Positions 39,008-51,275 of a stretch of DNA of 64,000 nucleotides are shown one piece after another. The notes under the pieces were generated by a model that made no database searches, had not been told where the DNA came from, and saw nothing but the letters and a program-made list of their open reading frames with translations. The position numbers were made by a program, and so were the translations under genes. The stretch comes from an uncultured Phycisphaerales bacterium (GTDB taxonomy: Bacteria > Planctomycetota > Phycisphaerae > Tepidisphaerales > Tepidisphaeraceae). Position 1 is the first letter of the stretch; every line of letters begins with the position of its first letter. Location: positions 3,904,001-3,968,000 of the forward strand of contig CAVWLP010000002.1 of assembly GCA_963755915.1 (NCBI GenBank), read 5' to 3'.

Positions 39008-40057
39008 GTGAAAATGGAGACTTCCTCATCGGCTCCTGCTACCAGTTCGGTGCGACCGCGCCGCCGGTGGCTTCGGCGGATTTTGGTTGCCGTCGTGGTG
39101 ATGGTCATCGGGGTGACCTGCGTGGAGCTGTATGTGCGCTTTCGACTTGGGTTGGGCGATCCACCGCTCTCGATGGATGACCCGGGGATGAAATATTTGT
39201 TTCAGCCGAACCAGGATGGGTGGCGGTTTGGCAATCATTACCACTACAACGCCTACTCGATGCGGAGCGAGGATTTTCCGGCGCATAAGACGGACCCGCA
39301 CGAGCTGCGGGTGATGTTGGTGGGGAACAGCATCATCAACGGGGGAAATCTGACCGACCAGAAGGATATTGTCAGCGCGATTCTTGAGGATGATCTGAAG
39401 CGCGATCTTGGGCGGCCGGTGATCGTGGGGAACATTTCGGCAGGTGGGTGGCATGCGCCAAGCGAATACGGGTATGTGAAGAAGTTCGGTTTGTTCGATG
39501 CGGATGTGGTGGTGATTGTGCTGGCGAGTTTTGATTGCGCGGAGGATCCGCCGCCTTATCCGCATTTCTCGGGTGTTTTGTCGTACATGCCGGACCACAA
39601 GCCGGTGCTGGCGATCCAGGAGGCGGTGACGCGTTATCTGCCCCGGTATTTGCCCGGCTGGCTGCACGGGGCGGAGGCGAACGAATCTGGGCCGATTCCG
39701 GACATGCAGGCGACATTTACGCAGCAGGAGGCCGACTGGTCGCAGGGGTGCCTGCGGAAACTGATCGAAGCGGGTTTTGCCTCGCACGCATCGGTGATCG
39801 TGGCGCAGTATCTGGTTCCACACGAGGTGACTGGAAACGTGGATAACGGATATCCGATCAATCAGAAGACGGCGCTGGAAGAGGGAGCCGCGGTAGTGCA
39901 GATGGGGCCGACTTTTGCGGCGGCGGTGGCGGCGGGTAAACAGCCTTTTCGCGACTCGTGCCATCCCAATGTGCTGGGGCAGAGACTGATGGCGCAGGTG
40001 CTGCTGCCGGCGATTGAGAAAGCGGTGGAGGGGCAAACCAAAGAGCCGAAACCCTAA
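39008..40057 (+). CDS. SGNH/GDSL-like hydrolase
   Basis: N-terminal TM, VGNSIING, D..H motif DSCHPN. Confidence 0.75.
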   Translation: MKMETSSSAPATSSVRPRRRWLRRILVAVVVMVIGVTCVELYVRFRLGLGDPPLSMDDPGMKYLFQPNQDGWRFGNHYHYNAYSMRSEDFPAHKTDPHELRVMLVGNSIINGGNLTDQKDIVSAILEDDLKRDLGRPVIVGNISAGGWHAPSEYGYVKKFGLFDADVVVIVLASFDCAEDPPPYPHFSGVLSYMPDHKPVLAIQEAVTRYLPRYLPGWLHGAEANESGPIPDMQATFTQQEADWSQGCLRKLIEAGFASHASVIVAQYLVPHEVTGNVDNGYPINQKTALEEGAAVVQMGPTFAAAVAAGKQPFRDSCHPNVLGQRLMAQVLLPAIEKAVEGQTKEPKP

Positions 40058-40095
40058 ACCAGTCTTCGACCCTGAGGCGCAGACGCAACGGGAGT

Positions 40096-41417
40096 TCAAA
40101 TCGGCTTGCGGCGGTCGATGAAGACGCGCTGTTTGCGGAGGTCGCGGGAGTCGCCGAGGGTCTGGATTTCCTGCAAGGTGGTTAAGCGGACGGAGGGGCA
40201 GACTTTGAGCTCGCCGCGGAGTTTGTCGCAGATCAGCTCGATGGCGCCGTCGGCGGAGCCGCGCCAGGCGATGAGGATTTCAAGCTCGTCGGAAAGTACG
40301 GTGGGGGCGGTGGCGATCATCAGGTAGTCGATGATGTTTTCGATGGGCTGAAGGGCGCGCTGGACGGCGGCGGGATAGACCGTTGTTCCTTTCAGCTTCA
40401 TGGCCTGCTCGCGACGGCCGAGGATGGGGCCGATGCGCGGGGTCCAGAGTCCGCAGGGGCAGCGGACGCGGGTCATGAAGGTGATATCGCCGGTGGCGAA
40501 GCGGATGAGGGGCATGGCCTCGACGCCGATGGTGGTAGCGACGAGTTGGCCGGGCTGGCCATCGGGGACGGGGCGGCCGGAATCGTCCAATATTTCTGCG
40601 TGCAGGAGTTGGGGGTGAAGATGACCGCCCTGGCCGGCGGGGCATTCGCAAAGGGAGGAGGCAAGCTCGGTGATGCCGTAGGTCGAAAATGCCCGGGCAT
40701 TCCAGGCTTCGGTGATTTGAGCGGCCAGAGGCGTCAGGGCCATGTCCGCGGCGCGGATTGGCTCGCCGATGCAGATGAGTTTGCGGACGGAGGCGGATCG
40801 GAGATCGAAATCATGCTGGCGGGCGTAGTCGGCGATTCGTTTGAGGAAAGAGGGGACGGAGACAATTGCGGTGGGGCGAAGACGCTGGATCATCGAAAGC
40901 ATCATGGAGGGGGAGCCGGCGCCGACGCGCACGATGCCCGCGCCCAGTTTTCGCAGGCCTTCGAAATAGGCGAGGCCGGCCATGAAGCATTTGTCGACGG
41001 TGACGGCGAGGATGACGAGGTCATTGGAAGTCAGACCGACGCGGCGGAAACAGAGGTGCTCGTTTTGGCCGAGGCGATCGAGATCGGCCGCCGTCAGGGG
41101 GTAGAGGGTGGAGATTCCGGTGGTTCCGCTGGTGGTGCAGAGGTCGATTATTTTGTCGCGGGAAACGCACCAGAATTTTTCGTTGGATTCGGAGACCTCT
41201 TTTTTGGTGGTGAGGGGGAGAGCGGAGAGGTCGGCCAGTGAAGAAATGGCGCGGAGCCCGAGAGTTTCTGGCGATAGAAGGGGGAATTCGTCCTGGCGTA
41301 TTCGAAGGTGGCGGTCACGCCGGTGGAGAGAAGGGAATCAATTTGGTCGGGAGTTAGATCGGGCTCGATGTCTCGCGGATCGATTGGGAAAGGCACGGAC
41401 GCGATTTTATTTGGCAT
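40096..41417 (-). CDS. phenylacetate-CoA ligase-like (PaaK family) adenylating enzyme, frameshifted
   Basis: SPFYRQKL, TTSGTTG, YGITE, PLIRFATGD, KLKGTTVYP; break near 41240. Confidence 0.85.
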
Positions 41418-41487
41418 GACCTCTGGTGGCAATCAAACCGCTTACGAGGCGCGGGCGGAGAAAATCCGTTTTCGATATGATGCGGAA

Positions 41488-42299
41488 ATGACTCGCTACG
41501 GCGTGGTGACCTGGACGGCGGTTGGGATTGCATCGGTGCTTTTCATCGCGTTGCCGATCCCGAAATGCACGTGGGCCGTGGCGGGGGTGTGGGCCGTGTA
41601 TGTTCCGATCTTCGTGGGGGGGATGGGGTTTATTCGCTGGCAGTTTTTCATGCCGGCGATTTGCAGGGGGGCGGCGGGGGGAAAATAGTTGCGCTGACGT
41701 TTGACGATGGGCCGGATCCGGCGAGCACGCCGCGATTGCTGGAGCTTCTGGAGAGGGAAAAGATTCGAGCGACATTTTTTTGTATCGGGAAACGTGTGGA
41801 TGCGCATCCGGAGCTTGCGGCGCGAATCGTGGGGGAGGGGCATCTGCTGGGGAATCATAGTTATGAGCATCCCTGGTATATCAGCATGATGAGGGAGAAG
41901 CGGCTGGCTGAAGAATTGCGCAGAGGGCAAAGGTCGATCGAGGCGGCGAGCGGCGTGACGTGCCGGTATTTTCGGCCGCCCAGCGGGATGACCAGCCGGC
42001 ATTTTCCGGCGGTGCTGAAGGAGCTGGGGCTGACGATGGTGGGGTGGGATGTGAGGTCGCTGGATACGGTGGGAAGTGCTAAAGGGGCGATCGATCGGGT
42101 TTTGAGCGGGACGCGGGACGGAAGCATTATCCTGATGCATGATGGGGGGATGGAGGGGGAGAAGCTGATTGAGATCGTGAGTGCCGTGATTGGGGAACTT
42201 CGTAGCCGGGGCTTTGGATTTGAGCGGGTGGACCGGATGGTCGAGGTTCAATCGGTGGGGAAGTCGATGGAGCCGATGGGGAGTTTGCCAGTGCGGTAA
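41488..42299 (+). CDS. polysaccharide deacetylase (NodB family), frameshift near 41675
   Basis: TFDDGP, NHSYEH, FRPPSG, LMHD; N-terminal TM pair. Confidence 0.88.
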
Positions 42300-43843
42300 A
42301 GCTCCAGGACCTTTTCGATATCGGTGTCCTGGCGGCGGTCTTCGTTGTTTACCGGAACGCTTTGGCGGAGCGTGCGGTGAAGGTCGCGGCTGCGGCGGTG
42401 GCAGCCTTCGGAGTTACGCAGATCGACGGCCTGGCAGACCGCAAGCTGGATGATGGCCAGGACGGTTTCGGTGAGCTCGATGACGCGCAGGGCATCGCGG
42501 GAGGCGATCGTGCCCATGCTCACCTTGTCCTGGTTATGCGATTCGGTGCTGCGGCTGAAGACGCTGGCGGGCATGGTGAGCTTCAGGGCTTCCGCTGCGA
42601 GGGCGGAAGTGGAAATCTGCATGGCCTTGAAGCCGTGATGGCTGACCTGATCGGCGCCGCTGTTGGCGACAAGGTCGGCGGGGAGGCCGTTGTTTGTGTG
42701 GGGGTTGCAGAGCATGGCCATCTGGCGGTCGGCGAGGTCGGCAATGTTGGCGACGGCGATCTTGAGCATGTCCATGGTCATGCAGGTGTGGCCGCCATAG
42801 AAGTTTCCGCCGTGGAGGACATCGCCGGTTTCGGGGTCGAAGAGGGGATTGTCGTTGGAGCTGTTGATTTCGGTTTCGAGAAGCTGGCGGATGAAGGTCA
42901 GGGAGTCGAGGAGGACGCCGATGATGTGCGGGGCGCAGCGGATGGAATAGCGGTCCTGGATTCGGCCGTTGCGCTTGGCTTCCTTAGCGGTGTAGCCGAT
43001 GTCGTGGGCGATCCAGCGGGCGCAGGCAAGTTGGCCGGCGTGGGGCTTGGCGAGGAAAAGGCGCTCGTCGAAATGGTGGCGGTTGCCGTGCAGGACGTCG
43101 CTGGCCATGGCGGTGATGGAGGCTGCCCAGCGGGCGAGTTTGCGGGCGCGGTCGTATGCGAGGCAGGCCAGGCCAGTCATGACACTGGTGCCGTTCATCA
43201 GGGCCAGACTCTCCTTGGGGCGAAGCTCGAGGGGTGTGAGGCCGGCGGCTTCGAAGGCGTCGGCGGTGCGCATGACCTTGTTGTCGAAGCAGACCTCGCG
43301 CTCGCCGATGAGGACGGCGGCGACATAGGAGAGTGGTGTCAGATCGCCGCTGGCGCCGACGGAGCCTTCGGAGGGTATCCGCGGCAGGATACGCATGTTG
43401 ATAAGCTGACACATATGCTCGAGAAGAACGGGTCTGACGGCGGACCGACCCTGGGCGAGGCTTGCGAGGCGGACGACCATGACGGCGGCGGCCTCGCTTT
43501 CGTCGAGAAACCGGCCAGTGCCGCAGCCGTGGAAGCGGACGAGGTTGGCGGCCATCTTTGCAGAAAGGGCCGGGGGGACGAAATTCTCACAGGATGCGCC
43601 GAAACCAGTGGTTACGCCGTAGATGGCCGTGCCTTTTTCGATGAGTTCGTCGAGAAGGCGAACGGTTCGCTCCAGTTTCTTGCGAAATGCCGGGGAATCG
43701 TCGAGCTGGATGCGGCTGGCGCCGGAGGCGACGGCGATGACATCCTCAATCCGTAGTTTCGAGGAGCCGAGGGTGACCATAGGCGTTGGGGTTTCCAAGG
43801 CCACCGGCTTAATTTTAAGATTGTGTATGTCAGCCTCTAGCAA
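42248..43843 (-). CDS. aromatic amino acid ammonia-lyase (HAL/PAL/TAL family)
   Basis: YGVTTGFG, MIO motif GASGDL, NGTS, QDRYSIRC, NDNP, HNQDKVSMG. Confidence 0.93.
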   Translation of the reverse strand: MLEADIHNLKIKPVALETPTPMVTLGSSKLRIEDVIAVASGASRIQLDDSPAFRKKLERTVRLLDELIEKGTAIYGVTTGFGASCENFVPPALSAKMAANLVRFHGCGTGRFLDESEAAAVMVVRLASLAQGRSAVRPVLLEHMCQLINMRILPRIPSEGSVGASGDLTPLSYVAAVLIGEREVCFDNKVMRTADAFEAAGLTPLELRPKESLALMNGTSVMTGLACLAYDRARKLARWAASITAMASDVLHGNRHHFDERLFLAKPHAGQLACARWIAHDIGYTAKEAKRNGRIQDRYSIRCAPHIIGVLLDSLTFIRQLLETEINSSNDNPLFDPETGDVLHGGNFYGGHTCMTMDMLKIAVANIADLADRQMAMLCNPHTNNGLPADLVANSGADQVSHHGFKAMQISTSALAAEALKLTMPASVFSRSTESHNQDKVSMGTIASRDALRVIELTETVLAIIQLAVCQAVDLRNSEGCHRRSRDLHRTLRQSVPVNNEDRRQDTDIEKVLELYRTGKLPIGSIDFPTD

Positions 43844-43894
43844 GTTGCCCGATCATAATTTGCTGTGGCTTGTAATGCCAGTGAGAAGGAAGTG

Positions 43895-45081
43895 TTAAAC
43901 AATTGAAACGGCGACTCGCCCGGCGGCGCAGCCGGTGGCCATGCAAATGCCGCTGACACGGATAGAGGCCATTGCGTCGGAAGTAGCGGAAAGACAGGCG
44001 CCGGCGGCGAGCAAATTTTCAATACTGGCGCTGCGCAGGGCGTCGGAGGGGATGTCGTAAGGTTTTCCGGAAGGGGGGTAGAAATAGGTCGGACCCTGGT
44101 CTTCGACCCATTTTTCGATGGGCCACCAGGCGTGGACGGAGCCGTCGCCGTGGCCGCGGGCGGTGGTGACATCGGATTCGGAGACAGTGAAATGACCGGC
44201 CAGTCGGAGGCCGTCGCGGGGGAGGACGCGGGGGATTTTTCGAGAATTTTTATGCCGGAAAGGGCGTGGATCTCGGCGGCGAGGATCTTCAGGATCTTGT
44301 CGAGGAGCGCCGAAGCGGACTCATGGGAATAATGGGCGGGATTGAGGGCGAGTTTACAGACGCCTTCGCCGGGTCCGGGGCCGGGGTGGAAGGCGGTGAA
44401 GCGGGCGACAGTGGGGAGTGCCCCGGTTTCGACGGCTTTGGCGAGGGCGAAGGGGATTTGGAGGCGGAGAAGCTCGGGGTCGCCGGTGATGCCGGAAAGT
44501 CGGGCGGCGAAGCCACCGAGGATTTTGCCGGTGGAATCGTCCGGGGGTTGATAGGTGTCCGCGCCGGCGAGCTCGAGCAGTTTGCCGCCGCCGGTGCAGT
44601 CGATGACGGCTTTGACGTCGATCCATTGGGGATTTTCACCGGCGATTTGGAGGGCGGTGATGCGATTGCCTTCACGCTTCAGCGCCGAGGCGCGGCAGTT
44701 GAGGCATACATCGGCGCGGGATTCAACGCACATCTGCTGAAGAGCGGATTCCCAGGCGGGGGCGGGGAATTCGAGGACCCAGGCTTTTCCGAGTTGCTTT
44801 GGGGCGGTGCGTATCGGCTCGTTTTTGACGATCAGGCTGACCAGGTGGCGCTGGGCGTCGGCGTTCAGAGTGTCGAGGGCGTTTTTTGGCGCATCGGCGT
44901 AAAGGCCGCAGATGGAGCGGTGCATGGCGGCGGTCACGACACCGCCGAGACGCGGGGCGGCGTCGATTAAGAGAACGCTGCGGGATTGTCCGGCGGACCA
45001 GGCGGCGCAGATTCCAGCGGCACCCGCGCCGACGATGGCGATGTCGTATCCGGTTTTAGTAGCCCGGCTCGGACGGATCAT
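43895..45081 (-). CDS. FAD-dependent oxidoreductase, frameshift near 44220
   Basis: IAIVGAGAAG, IDCTGGG; corrected tail YDIPSDAL...NLLAAGACLS...IRVSGICMATGCAAG. Confidence 0.8.
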
Positions 45082-45481
45082 AGTGGATATCTTCGACACT
45101 CCAGCCGGAAGTGTAAGCGCTGTCGTTGGAGAAGGTGATGACGCCGACGCCTTTGTAGTGGGCGGCCAATCGGGCGTCGTCGCCACCGCCATAATGGAAG
45201 GGGATGAACGCCTTGCCGGTCTGGTAGGTGTTGTAGGAAGTGGGCTGGCCGATGGTGGCGTAGACCTGGTCTCGCTCCTCACCCATCTTGACCTTGGCGA
45301 AGATGGAGTCTGGCGGAATGGGCTGTGTGGCCGGCGCGGCAGAGGCCGAGCTGGAGCCGCTGTCGGAAGAGGAAGTGGTGCTTGCGGTGCTGCCGCCGGA
45401 ACTGCATCCGGCATAAAGGCCGGCGGCAATGACCATTCCCACGGCGGTGATCAGTAGTTTCCTTGCCCCATCGCGATTCAT
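45056..45481 (-). CDS. lipoprotein (SmpA/BamE-like fold possible)
   Basis: AGGAG RBS; lipobox YAGC; VKMGEERDQVYATIGQP. Confidence 0.7.
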   Translation of the reverse strand: MNRDGARKLLITAVGMVIAAGLYAGCSSGGSTASTTSSSDSGSSSASAAPATQPIPPDSIFAKVKMGEERDQVYATIGQPTSYNTYQTGKAFIPFHYGGGDDARLAAHYKGVGVITFSNDSAYTSGWSVEDIHYDPSEPGY

Positions 45482-45885
45482 TTGAGTCTCCTTTCAGAAA
45501 TGAATGGGCACAAACATAACAGTGAGAGAAGTGGGGAGCAATAGTTTGTGGGGATTTCCGGGATTGCGACGCAGGGCAATCGGGTTCGGAAGGGGCATGT
45601 CCGAAGATGTCCGGAAATGCCCGGGATTCGACGGTGAGTTTTTTTTTCTCCCTGGCTTGGGTTTGATGAACCGGGGAAGATCGCCGCGGAATATGGGTCG
45701 AAGATAAGATGCATCTATATATAGGTCCAAAAGGTGTACGTTTTGTACCTATTTTTGGGAAATCGGCGGATTTTCTGAAAAAAAATTTGAGGGGGAGAAA
45801 TGATGACATGCGATTGCCCTCGGATTGCGAGGCAGGGGGTAAGCCGGCAAATGCTCCTTCGTGGTCCTAAGTGTGATTCTATACA

Positions 45886-46878
45886 ATGGATGGTTTGATG
45901 GTCCTTCCACCGCTTTCGATCCTCGATCTGGCATATATCTGCCGCGGCGCGACTCCGGCGGAGGCGCTGCGAAACGCGATGGATCTTGCCAGGCACGCGG
46001 AGGGGTGGGGCTATCGACGTTATTGGCTTGCCGAGCATCACAACATGACGGGCATCGCCAGCGCTGCGACGTCGGTGGTGATTGGGTACGTGGCGGGTGG
46101 AACGAAAACGATTCGGGTGGGCGCGGGCGGGATCATGCTGCCGAACCATTCGCCGATGCTTATCGCGGAACAGTTTGGGACATTGGAATCGCTGTATCCG
46201 GGGCGAATCGACCTGGGCGTGGGCCGTGCGCCGGGGACGGATCCGCGAACGATGATTGCGCTTCGCCGGCAGCTCGCCACCGCCAATATTTTTGCGCGAG
46301 ATATTCAGGAACTGCGGATGCTGCTGGGTCCTTTGCAGCCGGGGCGGGTCGTGCAGGCGGTGCCAGGTACGGGGCTGAAAGTGCCGATCTGGGTGCTGGG
46401 GTCGAGCCTTGCTGGGGCTCAGATCGCGGCTGATTTTGGGGTTCCATATGCGTTTGCGGGGCAGTTTGCACCGGCGCAAATGATGGAGGCGCTGCGAGCG
46501 TACCGCGGGGAATTCAAGCCGTCGGAGCAGCTGAAAAATCCGCACGTTATGGTGGGCGTAAATGTGATCGCGGCAGATTCAGACGCCGAAGCGAAGCGTC
46601 TGTTTACGTCGATGCAGCAGAGCTACACGAATCTGGTCCGCGGGGCGAATGGGCCGCTTCCGCCGCCGATCGACGACATTGAATCGTATTGGTCTGGCGA
46701 GGAGAAGGAGCGCGTGTCGGCCATGCTGGCAAAATCGTTTGTGGGATCGCCGGAGTCGGTAGTTAAGGGCCTTCGTACACTGGTTGATGAAACGGGGGCG
46801 GATGAACTGATCGTCTCGACAGGTATCTTCGATCATTCACTGCGGCTGCGATCGTACAAGCTACTCAGCCAGTTGTGA
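45886..46878 (+). CDS. LLM-class flavin-dependent oxidoreductase (luciferase-like)
   Basis: [32 protein letters not shown]. Confidence 0.92.
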   Translation: MDGLMVLPPLSILDLAYICRGATPAEALRNAMDLARHAEGWGYRRYWLAEHHNMTGIASAATSVVIGYVAGGTKTIRVGAGGIMLPNHSPMLIAEQFGTLESLYPGRIDLGVGRAPGTDPRTMIALRRQLATANIFARDIQELRMLLGPLQPGRVVQAVPGTGLKVPIWVLGSSLAGAQIAADFGVPYAFAGQFAPAQMMEALRAYRGEFKPSEQLKNPHVMVGVNVIAADSDAEAKRLFTSMQQSYTNLVRGANGPLPPPIDDIESYWSGEEKERVSAMLAKSFVGSPESVVKGLRTLVDETGADELIVSTGIFDHSLRLRSYKLLSQL

Positions 46879-48099
46879 CTTCGCAGGCGATGGCGGAGTT
46901 GATGCCGCCGAAGGCGAAGCTGTTTTTGAGGAATTTCGTGAAGCGGAGGGGTGTTTTTTCGCGGACGTGGGAGACTCCCGCGCAGGCGGGGTCGATTTCT
47001 TCGAGGTTGTGGGTGGGATAGATGGCGCCGGAGCGGGCCATTTCGATGGTGGCGGCGAGTTCGATGGGGCCTGAGGCGCCGAACGTGTGGCCCATGTTTC
47101 CTTTGAGGCTGCTGACGGGCGTCGCGTTGCCGAAGACGGCGGCGATAGCGCGGGCCTCGGCGGCGTCGCCCTGAGTCGTGCCGGTGGCGTGGGCGTTGAC
47201 GTAGGCGATGTCGGACGGCGACAGATTTCCTTCGGCGAGGGCGGTTTTCATGCAGTTGGTCATGGAGACGTCGTCGGACTGGCTGACGTGGATGCCGTTG
47301 TTACAGGTGTGGTAGCCGAGGACTTCGGCGAGGATTTTGCGCCGCGTTTCTGGGCATGCTCCAAAGATTCGATAATGACAACGCCTGCACCTTCGCCGCA
47401 GATGAGTCCATCGCGCTTGGCATCGAAGGGGCGCGGGGTGGCGGAGGGGCGGTCGTTAAACTGGGCCGAGGCGGCGTAGAGGATATCGAAGGAACCGACG
47501 ACGGTTTCGTGCAGCTCTTCAGCGCCGCCGCAGAGGACGACGTCCTGGCGGCCGAGGCGTACTTGGTCGCAGGCGGCGCCGACGGCTTGTAGGCCGGAAG
47601 CGCAGGCGGCGGAGGTGGCGGAGACGACGCCCTTGACGCCGAAGAACTGGGCGACGTTGAGGGCGACGGTGTGGGAGATGCAGCGGAAGAATTCGCTGGC
47701 TCCGAGCATGACGTATTCGTTTTTGGCGAGGAGGATTTCGTATGTTTGGGTGATAGCCTGGGGACTGCCGGTGGTGGAGCCCATGATGCAGCCGATGCGG
47801 GGGTTGTCCGGGATTTCCGCGGGGTTGATGCCGGCGTGCTGGAGGGCCTGGGTTGCAGCCTGGACGGCGTAGATGCTCATCGGGCTCATGGTGCGGCGGA
47901 GGGAGCGCGGGATGGCCTTGGGGTCGCGCATTTCGATGGGAGCGCCGACCTGGCAGCGAAGACGGCCGAAGCGGTTCCAGGAGGGGGGCATGGCGCGGGT
48001 GGCGCAGACGCCGGCGTCGAGGCCCCGCATCATCTCGGCGACGGAGTAGCCGATGGGGCTGACGACGCCATATCCGGTAATTACCGCGCGGTTGAACAA
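46865..48099 (-). CDS. beta-ketoacyl-ACP synthase (FabF/B-like), frameshift near 47340
   Basis: [42 protein letters not shown]. Confidence 0.9.
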
Positions 48100-49601
48100 G
48101 TTGATCCTGAAAGATATTCGCGGAAGACTTCGCGGCCGAGGATGCTTCGGCAGACGAAAAAGGCGGAGGTCATCGCCCCCAGGACGCCGGGAAGAAGGGC
48201 GCTTTGGCCGGCGGCATAGAGATTGGTCAGGGGGAGGCGGCCGGATAGGTTGAACTGGCCCATCTTCTGGCGGATGCCGTAGGCGCTGCCGTCGGGGTTG
48301 TGGAGATAATCGCGATAAGTGAGGCTGGAGGCGGAATCGATGACGCGCATTTCGGCGCACTGGGGGATAAATTTTTTGATCCTGCCGACGATGGATTCGG
48401 TGCGCTCGGTTTTGTACTGGTAATACTCCGGTGGGCGGCGTTTGAGTTTGGTTTCGAACCAGCCCTGCGTGGTTTCGGGGAAGGCGACCTCGAGCGCGGT
48501 GACCGTGTTGACGGAGCCATCTGATGCGCGCTCGCGGCTGCGGAGGACCATCATCGCGCCTTCGCGATGGGCTAGATGATCCTGGGGACGATGGGTGAGC
48601 ATATCGTCAAGGTTTTCATCCGGCAGAATCGAGGCGAGGGTGATAGCGCCGCCTTCCATTTTTTCCAGGGCACCGTAGACGGTGAAGAAGGCGTTGCTGG
48701 GCTGAAAATCGCCGACGCGCTCCTGGAACGCCTTGGAGAGATGTTCCTTGGGCAAAACCGCCAGGACGCTGGCGGGGTGGATGGTGAAGATGACGGAACT
48801 GGCGGTGACTTCGGTGCGGTCGGAAAGGAGGAAGCGGGTGACCTTGCGGTTGGCGACCTCGGCGCACTGCTGGATGGTGCAGCGGGTGCGGATTTCGACG
48901 GAATCGTGTTTGAGGACATCTACGAGTGAATCGACGAAGGCGTCGCCGCCGTCTTCGACGCGGGCGAGGGATTCCTGCATCCCCCAGCTTGCCCGGCAAT
49001 GTGTGGCGAAGGAGGCTTCGGAGGGCTTGGTGCCGTAGCACATGCACAGGCCGCCGAGGATGGTTTGGAGGGTGCGGTCGGAGGTTGTGTCGTCGAGAAC
49101 GGTCTGGAGGCTGACGTGGTCTTCATCGAGGGGAGGGGGGAAGGTGTCGAAGCCGGAGACGTTTAGGGTTGGGGTGTTGTCGACGACGTGGTGGAAGCGA
49201 CGGAAATAGCGTTCGAGGCCTTCACGTTCTTTGGGGAAATCGCGGCAGAGCTGTTCGTGAACGATATCGGTGCCGCAGGGGACGACGTATTCGAGATTCG
49301 CATGGGGGAAGATCATGCGATGGCAGGCTTCGCGCGGGAAATAGATGGGGTGGATGCGTTCGCGGACGCCGAGGAGGGAGAGGATGACGTCGAGGACGCC
49401 GTTGCGATCGTCGGTGAATCCGCCGGTGAAATGGAAGCCGACGTCAAAGGGAATTCCCTCGACGCGGAAGCGGGCCAAAGAGCCGCCGAGGATGGAGGCT
49501 TTTTCGAGGAGGAGGACCCGTTTTCCGGTTTGGGAGAGGATTCGAGCGGCGGTGAGGCCGGTGATTCCGCTGCCGACGACGATGGTATCGTAAGATTTCA
49601 T
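48081..49601 (-). CDS. phytoene desaturase-family FAD oxidoreductase
   Basis: VVGSGITG, FDVGFHF, GSAYG, NLYAAGQ...PGVLG. Confidence 0.88.
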   Translation of the reverse strand: MKSYDTIVVGSGITGLTAARILSQTGKRVLLLEKASILGGSLARFRVEGIPFDVGFHFTGGFTDDRNGVLDVILSLLGVRERIHPIYFPREACHRMIFPHANLEYVVPCGTDIVHEQLCRDFPKEREGLERYFRRFHHVVDNTPTLNVSGFDTFPPPLDEDHVSLQTVLDDTTSDRTLQTILGGLCMCYGTKPSEASFATHCRASWGMQESLARVEDGGDAFVDSLVDVLKHDSVEIRTRCTIQQCAEVANRKVTRFLLSDRTEVTASSVIFTIHPASVLAVLPKEHLSKAFQERVGDFQPSNAFFTVYGALEKMEGGAITLASILPDENLDDMLTHRPQDHLAHREGAMMVLRSRERASDGSVNTVTALEVAFPETTQGWFETKLKRRPPEYYQYKTERTESIVGRIKKFIPQCAEMRVIDSASSLTYRDYLHNPDGSAYGIRQKMGQFNLSGRLPLTNLYAAGQSALLPGVLGAMTSAFFVCRSILGREVFREYLSGSTCSTAR

Positions 49602-49606
49602 CGATC

Positions 49607-50340
49607 TTAAGTTGCCAGCCCACCGTTGATGCCGATGACCTGGCCATGAATATACATGGATTTCTCGCGGCAGAGAAATTCGATGACGGAGGCGACATCG
49701 TCCGGCTGACCGAAGCAGCCGAGAGGGATGAGAGGGAGGATCTGGTCCTTGGGGAGGTTGGCGGTCATGTCGGTTTCGATGAGGCCCGGGGCGACCACGT
49801 TGACAAAGATATTGCGCTTGCCGACTTCGCGCGCCAAGGCTTTGGCCGCGCCAATGAGACCGGCCTTGGCGGCGGAGTAGTTGACCTGCCCAGCCTGTCC
49901 CACCTGACCGGAGACGGAGGCGACGGCGACGATGCGCCGCGGCGGGCGCGAATCATGGCGAATAGGACGGAGTTCATGACGTTGTAAAAGCCGTCGAGGT
50001 CGGTGCGGATGACGGTGGACCATTCTTCAGGCTTCATCCAGACGAGAAGATTGTCGCGGGTCACGCCGGCGTTGAAGACGACGATGGCGGGGGGAGTCTC
50101 GTCGGCACGGTCCCGGAGGGCTTTTTCGGTGGCGGCGAAATCGCTGACGTCAAAGCAGAAAAGCTCGCACTTGCGATCGAGCGATTCGATCTGGCGGGCG
50201 GTTTCTTTTGCCTGGTCGTGGTTGGAGCGATAGGTGAGCCAGATGTCGCACCCGCTTCGGGCGAGGCGGAGGGCGACGGCTTTGCCAATGCCTCGGCTGC
50301 CGCCAACGACCAGAGCGATGTCTGGAGAACCGTCCGACAA
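49607..50340 (-). CDS. fabG: 3-oxoacyl-ACP reductase, frameshift near 49940
   Basis: GGSRGIG, NAGVTRD, YSAAKAG, VAPGLIETDM. Confidence 0.88.
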
Positions 50341-50448
50341 GGGGAACCTTTCAAAATCGACTGGCTATGATTTTCAAAATGCCCGGAACTGTGATGGGGG
50401 GAGTATAGATTGCCGGTTGCCAATTGCCAAATGCCGAATGGGAAAAGG

Positions 50449-50480
50449 GTGTGAAAGTGTGAAAGTGTGAAAGTGTGAAA
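50449..50480. repeat. 8-bp tandem repeat GTGTGAAA x4
   Basis: Copies at 50449, 50457, 50465, 50473 in the divergent intergenic region. Confidence 0.85.
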
Positions 50481-50502
50481 GAGGGGCGGTAAGATTTTTT
50501 TT

Positions 50503-51275
50503 ATGTCCAGGGCTGCGGTGGTTGTCGGCGTTTTGGTGGGCGTGATTGTTTTGGCGCCGATTTTCTTGAGGCTTTTTCTGGGTGTGCGGCCGGAGGGGGC
50601 GAAATCGTGGCGGGATCGGGTGCAGCTCAAGTATCAGCGGCTGGGGACTTTCACGTGGATGTTTGCCCGGTTCAAGATGAGGCTCGATCCGATGTTTCGG
50701 GAGTTGCCGGAATTTTTAGGGAAAACGCCCGGGTTTAAGGAAGTTTTAGATTTGGGGTGCGGGCATGGGATCGCGGGGTGCGCGCTGATGGCGTGGGTTG
50801 CGGAGGTGAGGGTTTACGGGGTGGAGCCGAATCCGCGGCGCGTGGCAGCAGGCGCGAGGCGTTTGGGATGAGAGGCGTGGTTCAAAAGGGCGCCGCACCG
50901 GATTTTGAGTGGGCAGGGCTGCCCGAGAAATTGGACGCGGCGTTTGCCCTGGACATGATGCACTTTCTCGATGACGCGGCGTTTACACTCACGCTGTGGA
51001 AGCTTCGAAGAAGGTTGCGCGAAGGGGGAAAATTGTTTATGCGAATCCCGATGGCGCCGGCGGGAAAGGGATCGATGGCATGGAAGATTGATCTGATCAA
51101 CCGGCGGATTCGGAGCATTCCCGCGACGCATCGCTCTAAGGAGGCGATTGAGAAGGCGATTGCCAATGCGGGGTTCAGCATATTGACGGTGCGGCCGTCG
51201 GGCGGGAATCGGGAATTGTTTTGGTTTATCGCTACGGCAAGCGGTGGCGCAGAAGAAAGAGAATCACCGCGATGA
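50503..51275 (+). CDS. class I SAM-dependent methyltransferase, frameshift near 50850
   Basis: FKMRLDPMF, VLDLGCGHG, DMMHFL, LREGGKL. Confidence 0.82.

Noticed and set aside
43837-45429. 530-aa ORF as a single protein
   Set aside because: The N-terminal part overlaps the lipoprotein gene in another frame and the tail is off-frame; the real oxidoreductase is 43895..45081.
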